Shown: positions 18,853 through 29,434 of the stretch, piece by piece
How positions within the stretch are numbered: the first letter of the stretch is position 1
Layout of the letters: every line of letters starts with the position of its first letter
Assembly (NCBI GenBank): GCA_049472335.1
Contig: JBLIRO010000010.1
Coordinates: 1 to 64,000, forward strand
Length of the DNA: 64,000 nucleotides
Origin: a bacterium
GTDB lineage: Bacteria > SZUA-182 > DTGQ01 > JAFGSM01
Reading direction: 5' to 3'
The notes under the pieces: generated by a model
What the model was told of the DNA's origin: nothing
The model's database searches: none
The model's input: the letters and a program-made list of their open reading frames with translations, nothing else
Translations under genes and position numbers: made by a program

Positions 18853-20037
18853 ATGATTAATTTACTCACCAATCTAACATGGCTCGATTTAGTCGATATT
18901 TTTCTGATTACCTTCGTTGTCTATCAATTATTTATCCTTTTTCACAGAACCAAGGGCTTTAGGATCTTAATAGGCCTCTCTTTCCTGGGTGTCATATATA
19001 TTATGGTGAGATCATGGGGGCTGTTTCTCTCGACGTGGGTATTCCAGGTTTTTTGGCAGGCGTTGATCATTCTAATCATAATTGTTTTTCAACCTGAGAT
19101 AAGAGATGTTCTGGAAAAGGTCAATCTCCTCAATTTTGTTCAGGGCAAGAAAAACTCATCTCCTGATGCTTCAAGAATCGAGGCTGTCAGCAGGGCCACC
19201 TTCCATATGGCTGAAAAGAAAATAGGCGCGATTATTGTCTTCAAGCAAAAAGACGACCTGAAGGATTTGATACGGGGGAGCATTCAGCTCGATGGGGAGA
19301 TCAGCGAGCCTCTATTATTGAGTATTTTCCAGAAATCCTCTTCAATTCATGACGGGGCAATTCTCATAGATGAAGGCAGAATTAAGACAGTCGCGGGATA
19401 CCTCCCCATGACGGAAAGAGACAACCTGCCCAATCATTATGGTTCGAGGCATCGTGCGTGTCTGGGACTTTCCGAAAGAAGCGATGCATTTGTCATTGTA
19501 GTTTCAGAGGAAACAGGGGAAGTTTCCTTTGTTCAATATGGCAAGATTAGAAAAATCAGAGATGTTAAGGGCTTACATAGTGTTATTCAGGAGCATTTTT
19601 TAAAGAAGAAGAAACAAAAGACCTCTTTTCTGGGTGGTTTCTTTTCGAGGTTAATTTTGAAAGACGGTCTTAAAAAACTTATCTCCTTTTTACTTGTATT
19701 TGTTTTATGGGCACTACTCGCAGGGCAGCAGAACTATTCGCAAAATATATTGGTGCCTATAGAATATAAAAAGGTGCCGTCCAATATAGAATTGGTTTCT
19801 CCGCCAAAGACCGCCAAGGTTTCTATTAAGGGGCTTCGAAAGCTGGTTTCCTCATTAAAGACAGAGGACATTCGTATAGAATTGGACATTTCATTATCAC
19901 AATGGGGGAGGCGCACTTATTATATCTCAAAAGAGGATATCAATCTGCCTGCTGGTATCGAGCTGGAATATATTGAGCCATCGGTTCTTCGACTGGATTA
20001 CAGAGTTATCCCGCCACCTGAGCAAAATAGTAATTAA
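18853..20037 (+). CDS. cdaA: Diadenylate cyclase CdaA (3 TM plus DAC) fused to a TM and YbbR-like domain
   Basis: IIVFQPEIR, HDGA, GSRHRA, VSEETG motifs; C-terminal TM followed by VPIEYKKVP...VSIKG...IEPSVL. Confidence 0.85.
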   Translation: MINLLTNLTWLDLVDIFLITFVVYQLFILFHRTKGFRILIGLSFLGVIYIMVRSWGLFLSTWVFQVFWQALIILIIIVFQPEIRDVLEKVNLLNFVQGKKNSSPDASRIEAVSRATFHMAEKKIGAIIVFKQKDDLKDLIRGSIQLDGEISEPLLLSIFQKSSSIHDGAILIDEGRIKTVAGYLPMTERDNLPNHYGSRHRACLGLSERSDAFVIVVSEETGEVSFVQYGKIRKIRDVKGLHSVIQEHFLKKKKQKTSFLGGFFSRLILKDGLKKLISFLLVFVLWALLAGQQNYSQNILVPIEYKKVPSNIELVSPPKTAKVSIKGLRKLVSSLKTEDIRIELDISLSQWGRRTYYISKEDINLPAGIELEYIEPSVLRLDYRVIPPPEQNSN

Positions 20038-20071
20038 GGTTATACCGGATATGTTTTATTAAAAGACAGAA

Positions 20072-21487
20072 ATGAAAATAATAGGTTCACATCTTTTTGC
20101 TATCATAGGTTTTTTACTTGCCATTCTTCTGATAGCCAGGCTCATGAGGGAAAAAAGAAGTCCCGGGAGCACCATTGCCTGGTTATTGGCTATTATTATG
20201 ATCCCTCAAATAGGTATTCCCTTTTATTTTTTATTCGGTGGCAGAAAGATAAAACGAATGATTGAGAAAAAGGATAATTTATATCCTGACAAAACAAATG
20301 ATCATCCGGAAAAAGAGGGTTACAAGTCTAATACAGAAAAAATTTTAATAAGAAGCGGAGCGCCGCCTGCTTCTAAGGGAAATCAAATAGAATTGCTTTC
20401 CGAGGGAGGCCTTGCATATTCCCGTTTGATGGAATTGCTCGAGAATGCGGAACATTCCATAGATATAACGACATTTATTCTGGGGCATGACAAGGTCGGA
20501 AGGGCTATTATAGAGACCCTCACTAAAAAGGCCAAACAGGGATTAAAAATAAGGCTTATCCTTGACTCCCTCGGATGCTTGCGAACCAGAGGCCGTTTTG
20601 TGGATCCCCTCAGAGAAGCCGGGGGAAAAGTGGGTATATTTATGCCAATGCTCCCTTTTCACAGAAAATGGTCTGCCCATCTTCGGAACCATCGCAAGAT
20701 TATAATCGTAGATCAAGATTTCGCGATAGTAGGTGGAATGAACCTTGCAATAATTTATATGGGATCGGATTCTGATAAATCCAGATGGAATGATTTCGGT
20801 GTTTTGGTAAAAGGTCCTCTCGTATCCGATATTTGTCAAATCTTTGATGCCGATTGGGATTTTGCCACCGGAGGCAAATATAAAATGGATAAACAATCTG
20901 CAAATTCTTTCATACCTTATCAAAAAAAGGAAGACGGTATATCGGTACAGGTAGTTGCAAGCGGACCGGATGTGCCTACAGATTCCTTTTCAGAGGCAAT
21001 TTTAACCGCTATCTTAGAAGCCAAAAAAAGGGTGTGGATCATCACGCCTTACTTCATCCCTGATGAACCGCTCTTGAAATCTCTCAGTCTATTAGCCCGT
21101 TGGGGAAAGGATATCTGTATTATAACTCCGAAACGATCGAATCACTTGCTGGCCGATCTCGCCAGGGGATCATATCTAAGGACTCTGGCGGAAGCGGGTG
21201 TTAATGTTTTTTATTTTTATGCAGGCATGCTTCATTCAAAGATAATTCTCATAGATAATTCCATAGCTATTGTCGGCTCGGCAAATATGGACATGCGAAG
21301 CTTTTATTTAAATTATGAAATAGCCCTTTTTATTTATTCAACCGCGCAAGCATATGCTATAGAAAAGATTATTGTGGAGGAAATCCTTCCAAAGTCGCAA
21401 GTCATGAGACATGGACAACCTTCCTTAAAAAGGGGGGTAAGAGAATGGATGGAGGATATAAGCCGGGTATTCAGCCCTTTTTTATAA
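20072..21487 (+). CDS. cls: Cardiolipin synthase
   Basis: Two N-terminal TMs; two HKD motifs (RNHRKIIIVD, MLHSKIILID); GSANMDMRSFYLNYE. Confidence 0.9.
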   Translation: MKIIGSHLFAIIGFLLAILLIARLMREKRSPGSTIAWLLAIIMIPQIGIPFYFLFGGRKIKRMIEKKDNLYPDKTNDHPEKEGYKSNTEKILIRSGAPPASKGNQIELLSEGGLAYSRLMELLENAEHSIDITTFILGHDKVGRAIIETLTKKAKQGLKIRLILDSLGCLRTRGRFVDPLREAGGKVGIFMPMLPFHRKWSAHLRNHRKIIIVDQDFAIVGGMNLAIIYMGSDSDKSRWNDFGVLVKGPLVSDICQIFDADWDFATGGKYKMDKQSANSFIPYQKKEDGISVQVVASGPDVPTDSFSEAILTAILEAKKRVWIITPYFIPDEPLLKSLSLLARWGKDICIITPKRSNHLLADLARGSYLRTLAEAGVNVFYFYAGMLHSKIILIDNSIAIVGSANMDMRSFYLNYEIALFIYSTAQAYAIEKIIVEEILPKSQVMRHGQPSLKRGVREWMEDISRVFSPFL

Positions 21488-21597
21488 AGATTTTAATGGT
21501 TATACGTGATTTCTTCTTGAATGAAAACCAAAAGCTTAATAAGGGGGGAAATGGTAAATAAATTTTCATAATCCGGATTGCTGGTAGTAGGTGGATT

Positions 21598-23268
21598 TTG
21601 ATGCAAAGGTTAATAAGGTTACTAATATTGACGGCAATATTGATATGTCTTGATCCGGTTTTATCCTCTGTATTTGCTGTCCCGTCTCTTTCCGATCAAG
21701 TTCGTGAAAGCCTGCAAAAAAGGATTGAAAGTGCAAACACTACATCCTGGTTTGTTATGGATAAAGAACCTATCCATGCTTCTGTTGTGTTGTCCCGTTT
21801 TTATAAGAATCGTCATTTTCAACCCGCATGGTTAAATGAGCTTGGCCCCATCCCCCAAGTAGACTCCTTAATAAAATCCATTCGTGAAGCGCGTCTGGAA
21901 GGCCTGAGGCCCGAAGACTATCATCTGAACAAGATCGAGGAAATTCATAAACAGATCCTCGGGGACAGGAAAGAGATCAAATGGACAGATCCCGTAAGAT
22001 TGGCAGACTTTGACCTGTTGCTTACCGATTCTTTTCTGATATATGGCTTTCATTTGTTGGCCGGACGTGTTGATCAGGAAACAATGGAGGTGCAATGGAA
22101 GGCCGATCACTGTGAAATAGATTTGGCCGTTGTTTTACAGACCGCTCTAGATACCAGTCATATAGAGGAAGCCCTGAAGGCGCTTATTCCCATGTATTCG
22201 GGTTACATCGGGCTTCGCCAGGCACTGGCGAAGTACAGGAGAATTGTAAATAATGGTGGCTGGCCCTTGGTGCCCAATAATATTGAAATGAGAAAAGGGG
22301 ACTGTGGCGAACATGTAACAGCCCTCAGAAACCGGCTTATAATATCAGGGGACTTGGATCCAGAAATCCCTAACAGTGAGGATTTGTTTGATGATGTTCT
22401 GGAACAGGCCATCCTGAAGTTTCAACAGAGGTATGGATTGCCTGCTGATGGGATAGTGGGCCCGGATACGCTTGGTGAGCTTAATGTGTCGTCTGATGTC
22501 AGGATGCGTCAGATTAAGCTGAACATGGAGCGCTGGCGCTGGCTTCCTCACGATCTGGGAAGCCGCTATATCATAGTGAATATCGCGGACTTTAAGGCCG
22601 GTGTATTCAAAGATGGTGAGACAGTAATGGTTATGAAGGTTGTTGTGGGAAAGGATTACCGCCAAACACCCATTTTCAGCGGTGAAATGAACCTTGTTGT
22701 ATTATGTCCGTTCTGGCATATTCCTAAAAAGATCGCCATAGAAGACAAGCTCCCACTTATACGTAAAGATCCTGATTACCTTACTGAATATCACATCAAG
22801 GTATTTCAAAACTGTGGAGGTGAATACAGGAAAGTAGATCCTGAAACCATTGACTGGTCTTCAATAAATGCTGATAATTTCGATTATCTGCTGAGTCAGG
22901 CCCCTGGGCCCTGGAATCCGCTAGGCAGGATCAAGTTTTTGTTTCCGAATAAGTTCGAAGTGCATTTACATGATACTCCGTCCCAGATACTTTTTGAAAA
23001 AAATTCCCGGACTTTTAGTTCCGGATGTATACGGATCGAAAAACCCATCGATCTTGCAGAATACCTCCTGCAGGAAGACCCTGAATGGACCCGTAAAAAA
23101 ATTGTCACTGCCATAAATAAGAATGTCGAAAGAGTAATCCGAATTCCCAGCCCCATACAGATCCACTTGATTTACTGGACTGCGTGGGCCAATGAAGACC
23201 TGTCGATGCAGTTCCGCAAGGATATTTATGGACGTGACGAGCTTTTGGGGAGATTATTTAGAGAATAA
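21598..23268 (+). CDS. L,D-transpeptidase of YcbB/LdtD type, copy 2
   Basis: FQQRYGLPADGIVGPDT, LNMERWRWLP, HLHDTP...FSSGCIR. Confidence 0.9.
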   Translation: MMQRLIRLLILTAILICLDPVLSSVFAVPSLSDQVRESLQKRIESANTTSWFVMDKEPIHASVVLSRFYKNRHFQPAWLNELGPIPQVDSLIKSIREARLEGLRPEDYHLNKIEEIHKQILGDRKEIKWTDPVRLADFDLLLTDSFLIYGFHLLAGRVDQETMEVQWKADHCEIDLAVVLQTALDTSHIEEALKALIPMYSGYIGLRQALAKYRRIVNNGGWPLVPNNIEMRKGDCGEHVTALRNRLIISGDLDPEIPNSEDLFDDVLEQAILKFQQRYGLPADGIVGPDTLGELNVSSDVRMRQIKLNMERWRWLPHDLGSRYIIVNIADFKAGVFKDGETVMVMKVVVGKDYRQTPIFSGEMNLVVLCPFWHIPKKIAIEDKLPLIRKDPDYLTEYHIKVFQNCGGEYRKVDPETIDWSSINADNFDYLLSQAPGPWNPLGRIKFLFPNKFEVHLHDTPSQILFEKNSRTFSSGCIRIEKPIDLAEYLLQEDPEWTRKKIVTAINKNVERVIRIPSPIQIHLIYWTAWANEDLSMQFRKDIYGRDELLGRLFRE

Positions 23269-23326
23269 GCTTACAACCCTTGATTATTAAAGAAAAATCG
23301 GGATCAGATAGAATTAGTTAGCTGTA

Positions 23327-23914
23327 TTACCAGCAGCGCACACGTCCGACATCTACGTGCACAAAATTCTTAAACGGGTAGTAACCTACTCCTCCACTCT
23401 TTAAATCAATAGCTGTTTTTCGTAATGAGGAAAGTTTACAGTCCGGAAGATAGATATCCACCGCTTTTCCATAGATATGCATGCTCCGCCTGGCTACCCC
23501 TCTATTGTTTCTTCGTAGAAGACTATTTGTGAAGCGGGTCCTGTAGCCCGAGACAATATGGAAGGGTTCTTTTGTTTCTATTCTGTCGTAAATATCATGT
23601 AAAAGTTCAATCAGCCGGATGTCAATAGTTTTGATTTCACCGGTATAATGGTCACGGAGAATATAATTGATATCATTCAATGACTCGTATAAATACTCCC
23701 CATTGTACCAGTAGATTACCTTAAGTGTTTCCTCTGTATGCGTATTGTAGAAAAAGAGGCGTTTTTCCGGTGAAATAACTCGTCTCTCAGATGAAACAAA
23801 GGAATTTATAGCCGCAAAGGCCGGGCGGTTAATTATGCTTGCTCCCAAAGTGAATAAGCCCAGCTTGATAAGACTGCGGCGACTAAGATTATGTTCAAAT
23901 ATCGTCGAATTCAT
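23327..23914 (-). CDS. YcbK/DUF882 (MepK-like) peptidase M15 family protein with Tat signal
   Basis: SRRSLIK; IVSGYRT, SMHIYGKAVD, GGVGYYP...FVHVDVG. Confidence 0.9.
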   Translation of the reverse strand: MNSTIFEHNLSRRSLIKLGLFTLGASIINRPAFAAINSFVSSERRVISPEKRLFFYNTHTEETLKVIYWYNGEYLYESLNDINYILRDHYTGEIKTIDIRLIELLHDIYDRIETKEPFHIVSGYRTRFTNSLLRRNNRGVARRSMHIYGKAVDIYLPDCKLSSLRKTAIDLKSGGVGYYPFKNFVHVDVGRVRCW

Positions 23915-24056
23915 TTTAAAAATCTATATTTAAATTTTCCTATAATTTACTTAAAAATATGACGTATGTAATGCATATACCTTACTGATAAACCATATGA
24001 TAATATTATTATAAAACAAAATATATATTTTTGCAAATATTTTATTGTTTATGCTT

Positions 24057-24947
24057 TTATCTAAATTCTTTTGGGAGAAGGACAATCTCTATTCTTCTGT
24101 TTTTGGCACGTCCTTCCTTGGTGTCGTTGTCGGCCACCGGTTTGTACTCGCCAAAGGCGGTTGCGGACAAAATATTGGGATCGATGCCCTGTTTTTGTAA
24201 ATATCTTGCCACATTAACTGCACGGGCCGCGGACAGCTCCCAGTTAGTAGGATATTTCTGCGCCAATGCTCCGTGTATCTTTAAATTATCAGTATGGCCC
24301 TCGACACGAATTACCTTGTCTTCAACATCTTTAAGCACATCAATAACCTTTTGCAGCACAACCAGTCCCTCAGGCCTTATCTCTGCCTTGCCTAAATCAA
24401 AAAGAACGGCATCCAGCATATTAACTGTAAGTTTGCCTTTTAATTCTGTGATAGTGACCTGGCCCTCCTCTATTTCGGCCTTCATTTTTTCTATCATAGA
24501 ACCATAGGTTTTGCTCACTTCCTTGAGTTTTTCTTCCTTTTCGGCTTCAATATTTGAAATCTGTTGCTTCAGTTGTCCAATCTGCTGTTCCAGTTCGCTG
24601 TTTTTTTGCTTTAATTCGGCTATCTTTTGAATTTTTTCCTCTTTTTCCTTTTCAAGGTCAGCGATCTTTTGCCTGGACAACACAATCTTGGTTGAAAGCT
24701 CGTCCGATCTTGCTTCAAGCACGCTTTCAAGGTCTTCAACCTCGGATTCCAATTTTTCTATCTGCTGGTTGAGTTTATCATTTTCTTTTTGAAGATCGTT
24801 ATATTGTTGTTTAAGAGATTCCAGATTCTGAGTCAGGGTTTCAGCCTCGTTTACCTTTTTGAGATAAGTGTTTTTTGTAACAAAACATCCGGCAATGGCT
24901 AAAGCAAAGAATACGAGTAACACAAAAGATAAAATTTTCTTAAACAT
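24057..24947 (-). CDS. OmpA/MotB-family lipoprotein with long coiled coil
   Basis: Lipobox IAGC, coiled coil, VEGHTDN...NWELSAARA...KNRRIEI; SD AGGAGG before ATG 24947. Confidence 0.88.
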   Translation of the reverse strand: MFKKILSFVLLVFFALAIAGCFVTKNTYLKKVNEAETLTQNLESLKQQYNDLQKENDKLNQQIEKLESEVEDLESVLEARSDELSTKIVLSRQKIADLEKEKEEKIQKIAELKQKNSELEQQIGQLKQQISNIEAEKEEKLKEVSKTYGSMIEKMKAEIEEGQVTITELKGKLTVNMLDAVLFDLGKAEIRPEGLVVLQKVIDVLKDVEDKVIRVEGHTDNLKIHGALAQKYPTNWELSAARAVNVARYLQKQGIDPNILSATAFGEYKPVADNDTKEGRAKNRRIEIVLLPKEFR

Positions 24948-25090
24948 AATAAACCTCCTTGATAAAAGGATCAGCCTCGACATTTCAGAATTATTTTTGT
25001 TAATGGTTGAACAGATTCTATATTTTATTTATTGCCAAATGTCAAGGGCTTGACCCGGACTTTGACTAATTTCAGTATTTATAGGATTTT

Positions 25091-27271
25091 TTAAACGAGC
25101 CTGATCTCTTCCATGCTTTTTACCAAAAGGGTTGTGGGCAGCTTCTGGATCAGGTCATCCATTCGTGCCATGAATTCTCTCTCTTTCCCTTTTTCGGGAA
25201 GTCCCATCCCTAAAATCACGAGATCGGCTTGTGCTGATTGGCTTATGATGATTTGCCATATACTGGTTTGGTCCGGATCATAAGGGATAATATTGGCAGA
25301 TGCCTTTATTCGGACCTCTTCTAAAAATTTAGTCAGATTCTGGTGGGCCTGATCCCGCCCTGAGATATCCTTGATACACATATTAAGCCTTATCTCACAA
25401 TCTTTCCATTCTTGATTCAGGGAAAAAACATGGGCCATCAGGATCATAAGGTTCCTGTTCAACTGTTGTCCGCCCCACCAGATATCGATGGATCGTTGAT
25501 TGCCGAATCCCCTTTCCAAATCCAGCTTAAGCAAGACTACGCTCTTGCCTAAAAGGTGCAGGTCCTGAATAAGCCTGGCAAATTCCTTTTTCCTTTTGGG
25601 GTCGGCCGACCAGCCCATAAGAACGATATTGGGATAGAGCTTTCCTATTCCGTAAGCCTGTGTTACTGACAGGACACTTTCCCTTAATCTTTCCCCAACA
25701 TGGGCTATTGAAAATGCCTGAAGTCCGGTTTTGTCTATAAAATCATTTAGCTGCTTTATGGCTATTTTCCTGAATTTTGCTTGTTCATCACATGAACCTA
25801 TGATCATCTGAACAAGGGATACAAAGCCGCGTCCCTTTTCAAGCAATCTTGCCAGATAGATCAGGTGGTCCCGCGTGTTAGGATTGCCCGTAAAAACAAG
25901 AATGTTCGGCTTCCAGTTTTTGGGGTGCCATTCATATTTTTTCAGTTTGAGGAGTGAAAATCTGATCAATGAAAACCATAGCCCTATCCGGACATCTCCC
26001 CATGTGGTCCTGATGATCTTTCGCTTTAAAGTAAAATAAATGATAGAGGTTACAGCTATGGCAATCAGTGTGGCCTTTGCGTTTATAAGAAACATAACAT
26101 AATAGCATCCCAGTGCCCCAAGCAGGGAGATTATCCAATGGACCCTCAATCTGGGGCGATAACTGGGATTGCCGACTATATTCTCGAGCGCTGCGATCAG
26201 GTTTACTACACCGTAGGTATTCAAAAAGAACATGGTCACTACCGGGGCCACGAGATTCAGGTTTCCCATCAGGATAAACACCTCGGCAATGGCAAACGTG
26301 ACAAGGAGGGCTATGCGGGGCTCATTTGTCGGGCCGCTTCCTTTACCCATGAACCTTGGCAGAACGCGGTCTCTGGCGAGGGCCTGCATGGTCCTTGGCG
26401 CGGCCAGTATATTGCCTAACGCTGAGGATAGGGTTGCCGCCCAAAGCCCTAAAACGATAGGGAAGCGCCATAAAGCTATATCCATCATAATGGCAGTATT
26501 GGATCTCAAGGTTTCCGGGGATGCGTTTCTGGCAAACCAGACTGCCTGCATCAGATATACTAGGCATGTCACGCCTATGGCAAGAAAGGTCCCCCAGGGG
26601 ATGCTGACGGATGGGTCCTTCAAATCACCTGACATGCTTACTCCCACTTCCATGCCTGTAACTGCAGGGAAATAGATGGAAAATACCAGCCAAAAACCAG
26701 CGGACCCTTCGGATGCGGTCCATGAGATGGGAATGCCTCCTTTCGCTCCTCCCCAGAAGAACGAGACCAATGCCAGCCCGAGAAAGGCCATTATCACATA
26801 CTGTACACGTATCGCCCAATCAGCACCGGCAAAAGAGACAACGGAAAGTATGAGACATGTCAGGGTTGCTATCCAGACAGGATGCAGATTAGGAAAGACC
26901 CACATCAACCCTTCGGTGAATCCGATGATATACAGGGCTATGGATATGGCCTGGGAAAGATAGAGAGGTATTCCGATACTTCCTCCCGCTGCCAGACCCA
27001 GGGTGCGGGATATGAGGTAGTAATTCCCTCCCACTCCTATGTCCATACTAGTGGCAATAGCTGAAAGGGACAGGCCTGTGGATGTGGTTATCAGATTTGA
27101 GATGATTATGATCAGCAACGCCCCAAAAAGACCCACATTGCCAACTACCCACCCGGCCCTCAGGAAAAGGATTACTCCTAATATAGTAAGCACCGCAGGT
27201 GTAAAAACACCGCCAAAGGTGCCGAAACTATGTCCCTGCTTGAATGCCCCCTTTTCTTGTTTGTTATTCAT
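25091..27271 (-). CDS. Cation-chloride cotransporter family (SLC12-like) permease
   Basis: FGTFGGVFTP, LGVILFLR, YYLISRTLG, FPAVTG...SGDLKDP, KNWKPNILV, IDIWWGG. Confidence 0.88.
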   Translation of the reverse strand: MNNKQEKGAFKQGHSFGTFGGVFTPAVLTILGVILFLRAGWVVGNVGLFGALLIIIISNLITTSTGLSLSAIATSMDIGVGGNYYLISRTLGLAAGGSIGIPLYLSQAISIALYIIGFTEGLMWVFPNLHPVWIATLTCLILSVVSFAGADWAIRVQYVIMAFLGLALVSFFWGGAKGGIPISWTASEGSAGFWLVFSIYFPAVTGMEVGVSMSGDLKDPSVSIPWGTFLAIGVTCLVYLMQAVWFARNASPETLRSNTAIMMDIALWRFPIVLGLWAATLSSALGNILAAPRTMQALARDRVLPRFMGKGSGPTNEPRIALLVTFAIAEVFILMGNLNLVAPVVTMFFLNTYGVVNLIAALENIVGNPSYRPRLRVHWIISLLGALGCYYVMFLINAKATLIAIAVTSIIYFTLKRKIIRTTWGDVRIGLWFSLIRFSLLKLKKYEWHPKNWKPNILVFTGNPNTRDHLIYLARLLEKGRGFVSLVQMIIGSCDEQAKFRKIAIKQLNDFIDKTGLQAFSIAHVGERLRESVLSVTQAYGIGKLYPNIVLMGWSADPKRKKEFARLIQDLHLLGKSVVLLKLDLERGFGNQRSIDIWWGGQQLNRNLMILMAHVFSLNQEWKDCEIRLNMCIKDISGRDQAHQNLTKFLEEVRIKASANIIPYDPDQTSIWQIIISQSAQADLVILGMGLPEKGKEREFMARMDDLIQKLPTTLLVKSMEEIRLV

Positions 27272-27361
27272 TGTATGTATAGACTATAAGAAGACAATAC
27301 CAAATTTCAAGCCTTTTGATTAATTTTTGTATTGGAGTTCGAAATAATTCCAATATAAATC

Positions 27362-29056
27362 TTAATCAAGAAACATGAATTCGATGTCACCTGAACTTGT
27401 CCGGAACAAGTCTGTAATCAGACCAAATAAAGGCATTGCCTCCCAGGGAACAGATCCGGATGAATTTCCAAAAGCACCCTGAAAACCTTGGGGATTTGAG
27501 TTTAGTTGCCAATTGTTAAAAGTAAAAGAATAAGAATTAGGGCCATTTCCACGATTTTGATAAGGATTCTGGTCCCAATTCAAACCGGGTGGGGAAAAAA
27601 AAGAAGAAAAAAATGACCAGGGATAAAAGGATGAAAATGGATTGTTAAAGTAATTGAAAAAGGGACTAAAGGGCCATTCCGTATCCATATAAAAGAAAGA
27701 TCCAGCTTCTTCTTTTTCCTCCTCAATATAGTTGTCGTAATAATCCAGATACCATGAGTTTTCAAGTTTGAATGGCTTGAGCTTTTCAGGATCGGAGGGA
27801 TCTGTTATGTCCCCCAGGAGGATTTGATCCTTCTGTGAGATGACCAGAATGTTCTGATATATCTCCATATTATGGCATATACCCTTAATCTTTAGGTTTG
27901 TTAAGGGTTCCGGTTTAAATGTTTGTTCGTTCAAAAGTAAAATATAGATTTGCGATTGATTGGTATAAAAGGAATTGGAAAGGACATATATGATATTCCC
28001 TTTGGAGCATACAATTTCTTCGCTTCCAGGAAGATTTAATGAACCGACTTGAATTAAATCAAGAAAGTCCTTATAATCAAAAATCCTAAGTTTCGATATT
28101 AAATCGTAGTCCCCCCCAGCGGTCAGGATGCACCCCCCCGTCATCCTGACCGCTTCCCCATATAAATCGAGATGATCAACAAGCTCCATTCCCATCGGTT
28201 CCGATATATCGATTATATTCAGCCCTGAATGCTTATCTCCAATTGCCAATAGAATGTCCTGGTTGATATGAAGGTCCTTAACACATCCATCCAGCACAAT
28301 ATTATCAAAGGGAGAAATGTCTTGCTGCTCGGAGATATTCCAGGAGGTTATGATGCTGTTGTAATCGTAAAAAGTGAAAAATGCCCAGCCGTTTCTGATT
28401 TCCATGTCCTGTACTGAAGGGTAATTAAGATCCTGATAACTGATTAATTCGGGCGTGTTAGGATCTTCGATATCGATGATATAAAATCCTGCGGGGTTAT
28501 TTATCAAGATATAGGCAAGATTTTCTTCAATTAGAAGTTTTTTAACCTCTCCGTGACCAAAGGGCCCTGATTCGGATTCAAACTGCAGCTCTCCTGTTTT
28601 TTTGTATTCCGTGGTATCTGTTATATCGATGAGCTGAAGATCATAGATTGAAATTGGAGTTTTTTCACTCATATTACCAAACATTTGACCTTCGCATATC
28701 ACCAGATGTCCATTTGTAACAGCTTCTGCATGTCCCAAATATTCAAGAGGATAAACTTCTTTAATGTCAGGGGAATCTTCCGATATGCCGTTATCGGAAT
28801 CATTCCAATCCGCCCATGAACCAAACCATGAACTTAACCCGAAAGGAAAAGAGGACATCCAGGGATCAAAGAAAGGCGTTCCTCTTCCCCAGAAAAATGG
28901 ATTTGAAAAATTTGAGCTTGTCTGGGAATATGGTGTCATATATATATTTACCGTATAAGAGGGTGAATCCAATTGGCTTATAGCAGGCAACGGGCTTAAA
29001 CATATGGTAATTGCGGTAATTATACAGGGAATTAAAAGGGACCTTCCGGCTTTCAT
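27362..29056 (-). CDS. Secreted LVIVD-repeat beta-propeller protein with aromatic low-complexity termini
   Basis: Signal ending AIS|Q; repeats LQLIDITD, GFYIIDIEDPNTP, GLNIIDISEP; Phe/Trp/Ser/Asn-rich N- and C-terminal segments. Confidence 0.75.
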   Translation of the reverse strand: MKAGRSLLIPCIITAITICLSPLPAISQLDSPSYTVNIYMTPYSQTSSNFSNPFFWGRGTPFFDPWMSSFPFGLSSWFGSWADWNDSDNGISEDSPDIKEVYPLEYLGHAEAVTNGHLVICEGQMFGNMSEKTPISIYDLQLIDITDTTEYKKTGELQFESESGPFGHGEVKKLLIEENLAYILINNPAGFYIIDIEDPNTPELISYQDLNYPSVQDMEIRNGWAFFTFYDYNSIITSWNISEQQDISPFDNIVLDGCVKDLHINQDILLAIGDKHSGLNIIDISEPMGMELVDHLDLYGEAVRMTGGCILTAGGDYDLISKLRIFDYKDFLDLIQVGSLNLPGSEEIVCSKGNIIYVLSNSFYTNQSQIYILLLNEQTFKPEPLTNLKIKGICHNMEIYQNILVISQKDQILLGDITDPSDPEKLKPFKLENSWYLDYYDNYIEEEKEEAGSFFYMDTEWPFSPFFNYFNNPFSSFYPWSFFSSFFSPPGLNWDQNPYQNRGNGPNSYSFTFNNWQLNSNPQGFQGAFGNSSGSVPWEAMPLFGLITDLFRTSSGDIEFMFLD

Positions 29057-29235
29057 CTCAGACCTCCAATAGTATCTGTAAGATTTAGATTAAAAAAACA
29101 ACTATAAAGATTTTACTCTCAGGCTGGACTTGCTAACTACTCAGGCCGGACCTTCCGAATCATTAAGCAAATTTCCGGGAAATCTTGGGATGAATAAAAC
29201 AGAGAAGAAATTTTTTTGATATTGAATATGAATCA

Positions 29236-29252
29236 AGCATTTTATGTGCCAG
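29236..29252 (-). promoter_or_regulatory. Sigma-54 (-24/-12) promoter candidate
   Basis: CTGGCACATAAAATGCT fits TGGCAC-N5-(T/A)TGC; about 180 bp upstream of the LVIVD gene, same strand. Confidence 0.6.
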
Positions 29253-29434
29253 CCTGGAAGGGGAAAGAGGCGACAGAGGCAAAGGCCTCCAATATTGTTT
29301 GATTTTCGGATTTTTTTAAGTCCTTAAACCTGAATGGATTTTAAAAAATAGAAGGGGCTTTAAACCGGGAGCTGTTAACATCTGTTCTTTTAGGACGCAC
29401 GAATTGTTTATTGATTGAACAGTTATGAAATTTT

